This document shows positions 8,351 through 12,842 of a DNA stretch of 12,842 nucleotides, in pieces. The notes under the pieces are model-generated. The model made no database searches, was not told where the DNA came from, and saw only the letters and a list, made by a program, of their open reading frames with translations. The position numbers and the translations under genes are program-made. The stretch comes from Thermostichus sp. DRC_bins_24 (GTDB lineage Bacteria > Cyanobacteriota > Cyanobacteriia > Thermostichales > Thermostichaceae), in contig JAUQVK010000106.1 in the NCBI GenBank assembly GCA_039794845.1, forward strand, positions 1 to 12,842, given 5' to 3'. Position 1 is the stretch's first letter. Each line of letters starts with the position of its first letter.

Positions 8351-9946
8351 CTAGGAGCGCTCAGCCACTGTACGGGCTGAGATGTGACGAACTGCCTCAT
8401 GAGCCGAGAGGATCGCCCCCTCCTGCCAGCCGGTTAAGTAGCTAAGGTGTTCTCCGGCCAAGATCAACCGATCATCCGGCTCATTGAGAATGGGGTAGGC
8501 CTGGGCGCGGGCCTCAGTCGACCAACTGGCCCACCCTCCCCGGATGTAGGGCACCTTGTGCCAGGCAATGCTTAGCCCCGTTTCGACCTCCAGCTCCCCT
8601 CGATAGCCGGGATGCAGCTTTTCCCCATCTGCGATGGCCAACTCAAGCCGATCCGCCAAAGAGAGGGATCCCACCCGCTCGCCGATATCGTTGCTCCAGA
8701 TATAGGCTCCGACGAGGATCCCCTTGTCTTGATGAAAACCAGAGGAGGGATACCAAATCTGGGTGATATCCCGATCCGTCCAAGAGATCCCGCCGTAGAT
8801 GTTGTCATCCTCCTCCCAGAAGCGGCGCTTGGATTGGAAGGCAATCTTCACAGCCTTGACATAGCTGACCTCTTCCATCGCCGCCTGATGGGCCGGCGAA
8901 AAATCATTGGGAATCTGAGCCAACACCGACAGGGGCACCGTCACAATCGCGTAATCCGCCTCCAACTCTCGAGTCTCTCCCTCCAGCGCATAGAGAACCC
9001 GTACCCCCTGTGGAGTTTTGCGAATCTCTTGGACGGAGGCGTTGTAGGTGATCAGATCCCCGATCTGCCGCACAAAACCGGCTGCAATCTGATCCATCCC
9101 TCCAACCGGCTCCAGCATGGTGGCCGCCTGATGCCATCCTTCTGGAAAATGAAGCTTAAAGCCCCAAAAATCCGATTTGAGCAACTCGGCCATCTCCAGC
9201 TTGGGACTCAGTTCCCCCGCCTGGGCTGCTGCCCCAGGACTGACGGTGTACCCCGCTCGCCCAGAACCGGTGTACTCAAAATCGCTGTTGAGATCCCCAA
9301 AATTGCGCACCATCGCCAAGACTCGCTCTTTGTCATCGGCATCGATGGCCTCGTCCAGAGCATCCGCATTGATGGCTTTGGCCAGCAACTCGGCCAGATA
9401 CCCCCGCACCGTATGGGTCACCTGCCGATTGAGGATCCGCTGGCCCCCGAAGGCCTCATCGTTGTGAAAATAGGCTCCTCGGTTGTCATTGATGAAGGTT
9501 TGCAGCGGTACCCCAAACTTTTTGCAGTAACCCAAAACATTTTCGTGGTGGTAGGGGATCCGAGCCGGCCCCGGGTTGAAATAAAAATCTGCCCCGGTCT
9601 CAAAGGTACAGGTTTGGGAGCTGTCATCTTCGGTGATGATATCTCCGGAGCGCACCGTCCAGGTTCGTCCCCCGGCACGCTCCTGAGCTTCCAAAACGGT
9701 GCAGTCGTAACCTGCTTGCGACAACTCATAGGCTGCCGTCAACCCCGCTAGCCCGGCACCGACGATCACCACCGACTGCCCAGATCCGGATCCCCGTGGC
9801 AAATCAGGAGGCCGGGCGGAAACAGGTGGGTGCAACAACCCCATCGCCTGCATGGTGGCGTAGACTGCCGAAACCCCTCCGGCTCCCCCCACCATCTGCA
9901 AAAACCGCCTTCGGCTAGGGGCTTGAAATGAACTTTTAATGCTCAT
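8351..9946 (-). CDS. Tat-exported flavin amine oxidase, L-amino-acid oxidase-like (Rhodococcus opacus LAAO type)
   Basis: Twin-arginine SRRRFL is followed by a hydrophobic helix. Further motifs: FAD fold VVIVGAGLAGL...VLEAQERAGGR, GPARIP, PVGGMD, RRFWEEDD.IYGG and AGEHLSY..GWQEGA. ATG 9946 has AAGGA upstream. Confidence 0.92.
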   Translation of the reverse strand: MSIKSSFQAPSRRRFLQMVGGAGGVSAVYATMQAMGLLHPPVSARPPDLPRGSGSGQSVVIVGAGLAGLTAAYELSQAGYDCTVLEAQERAGGRTWTVRSGDIITEDDSSQTCTFETGADFYFNPGPARIPYHHENVLGYCKKFGVPLQTFINDNRGAYFHNDEAFGGQRILNRQVTHTVRGYLAELLAKAINADALDEAIDADDKERVLAMVRNFGDLNSDFEYTGSGRAGYTVSPGAAAQAGELSPKLEMAELLKSDFWGFKLHFPEGWHQAATMLEPVGGMDQIAAGFVRQIGDLITYNASVQEIRKTPQGVRVLYALEGETRELEADYAIVTVPLSVLAQIPNDFSPAHQAAMEEVSYVKAVKIAFQSKRRFWEEDDNIYGGISWTDRDITQIWYPSSGFHQDKGILVGAYIWSNDIGERVGSLSLADRLELAIADGEKLHPGYRGELEVETGLSIAWHKVPYIRGGWASWSTEARAQAYPILNEPDDRLILAGEHLSYLTGWQEGAILSAHEAVRHISARTVAERS

Positions 9947-10058
9947 AGCAATTTTCCTTAACCTCAAGCCATTTCTGCAACATCTAGAAACCAAACCTTG
10001 TTAACAGAAATAAGATTTGGAAACCTCAGGCAGAATGACCTTGAATGTGAATGGGTTG

Positions 10059-10101
10059 AACTTATCATCGAATTCCAAACCATTTTGTGTTGAGGGTTAC
10101 A
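10059..10101 (-). promoter_or_regulatory. Class II NtcA-activated promoter (NtcA box + -10) for the LAAO-rid operon
   Basis: On the minus strand, tGTA-ACCCTCAA-CACa (10101-10086) is followed 22 nt after the CAC by TAAGTT (10064-10059), which fits TAN3T and is preceded by TGA. This matches GTA-N8-TAC-N22-TAN3T with one mismatch. Confidence 0.65.
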
Positions 10102-10117
10102 ACTTTTTCATTAGGAG

Positions 10118-10133
10118 TGTAGTATGAGATAAA
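10118..10133. promoter_or_regulatory. Second NtcA-like box
   Basis: tGTA-GTATGAGA-TAAa has one mismatch to GTA-N8-TAC and lies 32 bp upstream of the first box. Confidence 0.35.
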
Positions 10134-10237
10134 AACTTTATTACAAGGCCTGATCTATGAAAAGAATCTAAAGATGATTAGCTTGAGATGACTCAGGTTT
10201 TAGGCTTAATCGAGGGCAGCTTGTTTGCTGTACAAGG

Positions 10238-10540
10238 ATGAGCCGTTTGCCTGCAGTTGCAACCCACAGTGCAAACCATATCCCGGTGACTTGAGCAGGG
10301 CTGAGTGGGAAATCCTCAAACCACTCCTGCCCAAGACTAAGGGATAATGTCTTCGCTACGCTAATGTGAATGAATGTGAATGAGCACCTCCTCGAAGTAG
10401 ATCTTCGAGAAGTTTTCGGTGGCAGCTTCTGTGTATACTGAGTCAAATCAATTGGGAAATGATGCCACGCGACAGACTTCCCCGCACCACGGTTCACCCC
10501 TACTTTTGCAAGTGGCAGCCCAAAGGCATCTGTTGCCAGA
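10238..10540 (+). pseudogene. Decayed IS5-family (IS1031-like, DUF4096) transposase N-terminus
   Basis: Fragments are separated by frameshifts and stops: KPYPGDLSRAEWEILKPLLPKTKG* (10273-10347), EVDLREVF (~10394-10417) and WEMMPRDRLPRTTVHPYFCKWQPKGI (10453-10530). They match the pattern YPSDL...EW....PLLP / DLR.V / W..LP.D.P...TVY.YF..W...G. Confidence 0.8.
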
Positions 10541-10549
10541 GGCGCAACC

Positions 10550-10883
10550 CACGGTGCCGAAAACCGTGGCCAAGATGAGCCGTCTGAATTCTTGGTCAGT
10601 GCAATTCAGCGGGATGATGGACGGATCTCTGTTGCAGCTGATACTCAAACAACCGGCTGCTTAGCCTTTACAACCCTTGTGCGGGGCTTCCACGACAGGG
10701 GACGGGACTTGTGCTTCCTGAGAGGAGAGGTTTCAACAGCCGTTGTACGGGACTGGCGCTGTCCCACGGGCCGCCATGCACGGATGCGCTAGCGCGTCCT
10801 GGGCGTCAAGGGCTGTCAGCTGCATCCGCAGACTTGTTGAGGTGCCGAAAATCTCTGCCCTTGAGGACAGTGAAACCCATCAA
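10550..10883 (+). mobile_element. Heavily decayed IS200/IS605 TnpB C-terminus and right end
   Basis: LCFLRGEV...VRDWRCPTGRHAR resembles the TnpB Zn-finger LCxxCG...VREWxCPxCG..H.RD. AATCTCTGCCCTTGAGGACAGTGA...TCAA (10850-10883) resembles the IS605 right-end hairpin and TCAA cleavage site. Confidence 0.5.
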
Positions 10884-10921
10884 CCCATTCTCCCGAGGGT
10901 GCTCAATTCAAGCCGAGCCCA

Positions 10922-11278
10922 TCAAGATGGTTCTTCGGCGGGTAGGTTGGGATCCCGATCTTGACGGGATCCCAGCAATTCCAGCCGATCCACGGCGATG
11001 ATCGGCTTTTGGCGATCCTCACCACTGTTCTTATCCTTCCAACGGTCAAACTTGAGGCTGCCCGTTACCCCGATCAAGCTGCCCTTGCGCACATATTCCC
11101 CTGCCACCTCGGCAGTACGCCCCCACAGCTCCAGATTGAACCAATCGGGTTTGTCTTCGTTTTTGCGAAATCGGTTCACCGCCAGACTGAAGGTACACAC
11201 CACCTTGCCCGACTCGAAGTAACGCAGTTCGGGATCCATGCCGGCACGCCCCACAAGGGTGACCAGGTTTAGGCTCAT
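10922..11278 (-). CDS. ssb: Single-stranded DNA-binding protein
   Basis: Motifs LNLVTLVGRAG.DPELRYFESG, FSLAVNR, DWF.LELWG..AEVA.EYVRKGSLIGV.G.L are present. GGAGAAG lies 6 nt upstream of ATG 11278. Confidence 0.96.
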   Translation of the reverse strand: MSLNLVTLVGRAGMDPELRYFESGKVVCTFSLAVNRFRKNEDKPDWFNLELWGRTAEVAGEYVRKGSLIGVTGSLKFDRWKDKNSGEDRQKPIIAVDRLELLGSRQDRDPNLPAEEPS

Positions 11279-11631
11279 GGGCATCTTCTCCAGACGGGCA
11301 GTACAGCCTTTGTTGTAGCGTTTGGGAGGGATCCCTGTCATCCAAGTTCATACTTACAGCCCTTACGCGGGTTTTCTACGGCAGGGCTTGTGCTTCTATA
11401 GCCCTGGGGGGTGGATCTCAACTGCCACGGTTGTTACATGTGACTAGCGGTGCCCTATGGTGGGCGAACGCGCCAGCGTGCCCTAGGCGTAAAGGGCTGT
11501 ACCGAGGACTTGCGGAGATTTTTAGGGATTCTTCAGGATTTCTCGTGATCAAAGTGCGGGGATCCCAGTTGATCTCAAGGAAAAAACTCTGCTGTGATGG
11601 ATCCGAGGCTCGAAACCCGGGATCCGAATCT

Positions 11632-11649
11632 GTCGCAAAAGTTTACAAT
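11632..11649 (+). promoter_or_regulatory. Putative -10 (TACAAT) overlapping an HLR1-like direct repeat upstream of ndhF1
   Basis: GTCGCAAA-AG-TTTACAAT compared with HLR1 (G/T)TTACA(T/A)(T/A)-N2-repeat: the second half is perfect and the first has 2 mismatches. Confidence 0.3.
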
Positions 11650-11756
11650 GGCAGGAGGAGTTGGTTGATCGACGGCCAGATCGTCTCTTGCTCTCCGCTC
11701 AGGTTTAGCAGAACGGTTTCATTCACCGCGAGAGGACACATTCAGAAGCATTTCCT

Positions 11757-12842
11757 ATGGAATTTATCTACGCATACGCCTGGTTGATCCCGGTTTACCC
11801 CTTGGTAGCGGCCTTTCTGCTCGGCCTGGGCATCCTGATGTTCAACGCCTGGACAAGGGCCAACCGCTCCTTGGCGGCTTTCTTGAGCGTGTTCATGATC
11901 GGGACGGCGATGGTGCACGCCTTCGCCATTCTGGTGACACAGGTACAGGGCCACGAAACCTATCTCGAAACCATTACCTGGGCCCAAGCGGGATCCTTTT
12001 CGGTGGAAATGGGCTTTGTCGTCGATCACCTGACGGCGATGATGCTGGTGGTGGTAACCACGGTGGCCTTCTTGGTGCAGATCTACTCCGATGGCTACAT
12101 GGCCCACGATGCGGGGTATGTGCGCTTCTATGCCTATCTGAGCTTGTTTAGCTCCTCCATGCTCGGCTTGGTGGTTAGCCCCAACCTGGTGCAGATTTAT
12201 ATCTTCTGGGAGCTGGTGGGGATGTGCTCTTACCTGCTCATCGGCTTTTGGCATGATCGGCAGGCGGCGGCGGAAGCAGCCCAGAAAGCCTTTGTGGTCA
12301 ACCGGGTGGGCGACTTTGGCCTCTTGCTTGGTATGCTCGGCCTGTACTGGATTTCTGGCACCTTCGAGTTCAACGAGATCGGGCGTAACCTGCAGGAGAT
12401 GTTGGCGTCTGGCTCCGTGAGCACCAGTTTGATTGCTCTGTTTGCGGTGTTGGTCTTCTTGGGACCGGTGGCCAAGTCGGCCCAATTCCCACTGCATGTG
12501 TGGCTGCCGGATGCGATGGAAGGCCCTACGCCGATTTCGGCTTTGATCCACGCGGCAACGATGGTAGCGGCAGGGGTCTTTCTCGTGGCCCGCATGTTCC
12601 CCGTGTTTGAAGGGATCCCTGTGGTGATGGACATCATCGCCTGGACGGGGGCCGGTACCGCCTTTTTGGGAGCCAGCATTGCCATTACCCAAAACGACAT
12701 TAAAAAGGGCTTGGCCTACTCCACCATCTCCCAGTTGGGCTACATGATCATGGCCATGGGATCCGGCGCCTATGGGGCGGGTCTGTTTCACCTGATGACC
12801 CACGCTTATTTCAAGGCGATGCTCTTTTTGGGATCCGGCTCT
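11757..12842 (+). CDS. ndhF: NAD(P)H-quinone oxidoreductase subunit 5 (NdhF1 type), 3'-truncated
   Basis: Manual translation gives MEFIYAYAWLIPVYPL...VQIYSDGYMAHD.GYVRFYAYLSLF...FWELVGMCSYLLIGFW...KAFVVNRVGDFG...AKSAQFPLHVWLPDAMEGPTPISALIHAATMVAAG. It runs off the window end, so it is absent from the ORF track. Confidence 0.97.
   Translation, partial: MEFIYAYAWLIPVYPLVAAFLLGLGILMFNAWTRANRSLAAFLSVFMIGTAMVHAFAILVTQVQGHETYLETITWAQAGSFSVEMGFVVDHLTAMMLVVVTTVAFLVQIYSDGYMAHDAGYVRFYAYLSLFSSSMLGLVVSPNLVQIYIFWELVGMCSYLLIGFWHDRQAAAEAAQKAFVVNRVGDFGLLLGMLGLYWISGTFEFNEIGRNLQEMLASGSVSTSLIALFAVLVFLGPVAKSAQFPLHVWLPDAMEGPTPISALIHAATMVAAGVFLVARMFPVFEGIPVVMDIIAWTGAGTAFLGASIAITQNDIKKGLAYSTISQLGYMIMAMGSGAYGAGLFHLMTHAYFKAMLFLGSGS

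Larger units (their letters stand above)
1009..12619. repeat. Dispersed highly iterated palindrome GGGATCCC
   Basis: Copies found by eye at 1009, 1154, 1912, 2292, 2742, 5492, 5660, 5987, 6964, 7390, 7546, 8665, 10949, 10966, 11328, 11559 and 12612, plus many one-mismatch copies. Fewer than one is expected by chance. Confidence 0.9.

Noticed and set aside
8612..9751. 379-aa plus-strand ORF
   Set aside because: It is the antisense shadow of the well-supported flavin oxidase and has no recognisable motifs.
10946..10976. Strong hairpin within the ssb 3' end
   Set aside because: It is explained by two adjacent self-complementary GGGATCCC octamers.
10168..11001. Several 66-109 aa ORFs in the IS relic region
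   Set aside because: They are fragments or shadows of decayed transposon genes with no independent support.
11431..11787. 118-aa ORF upstream of ndhF
   Set aside because: It has a TTG start and no motifs, and it overlaps the ndhF start and putative promoter.
11742..12803. 353-aa and 156-aa minus-strand ORFs
   Set aside because: They are antisense to ndhF1, which is the real gene.

Overview
This is a cyanobacterial chromosome segment, most likely from a hot-spring Synechococcus/Thermostichus-type strain; the octamer GGGATCCC occurs about 17 times. Gene order is: a 5'-truncated Gln/Glu-rich tandem-repeat coiled-coil protein, pth(-), a GAF+HD-GYP phosphodiesterase(+), a soluble CBS + methyl-accepting-chemotaxis-like fusion(+), ispG(-), a MOSC protein(-), a DUF151 bifunctional nuclease(-), cobK/cbiJ(+), an exported Rid-family protein(-), a Tat-signal Rhodococcus-type L-amino-acid oxidase(-), an AT-rich promoter region, decayed IS5 transposase and TnpB/IS605 relics, ssb(-), and a 3'-truncated ndhF1(+) that is missing from the ORF track. 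The most notable element is a two-gene exported module (LAAO + signal-peptide Rid with its catalytic Arg) behind a well-spaced class II NtcA-type promoter, which suggests periplasmic ammonium scavenging from amino acids. The orphan CBS-MCP fusion beside an HD-GYP gene is the second candidate. All family assignments come from motif recognition by eye; no searches were run.
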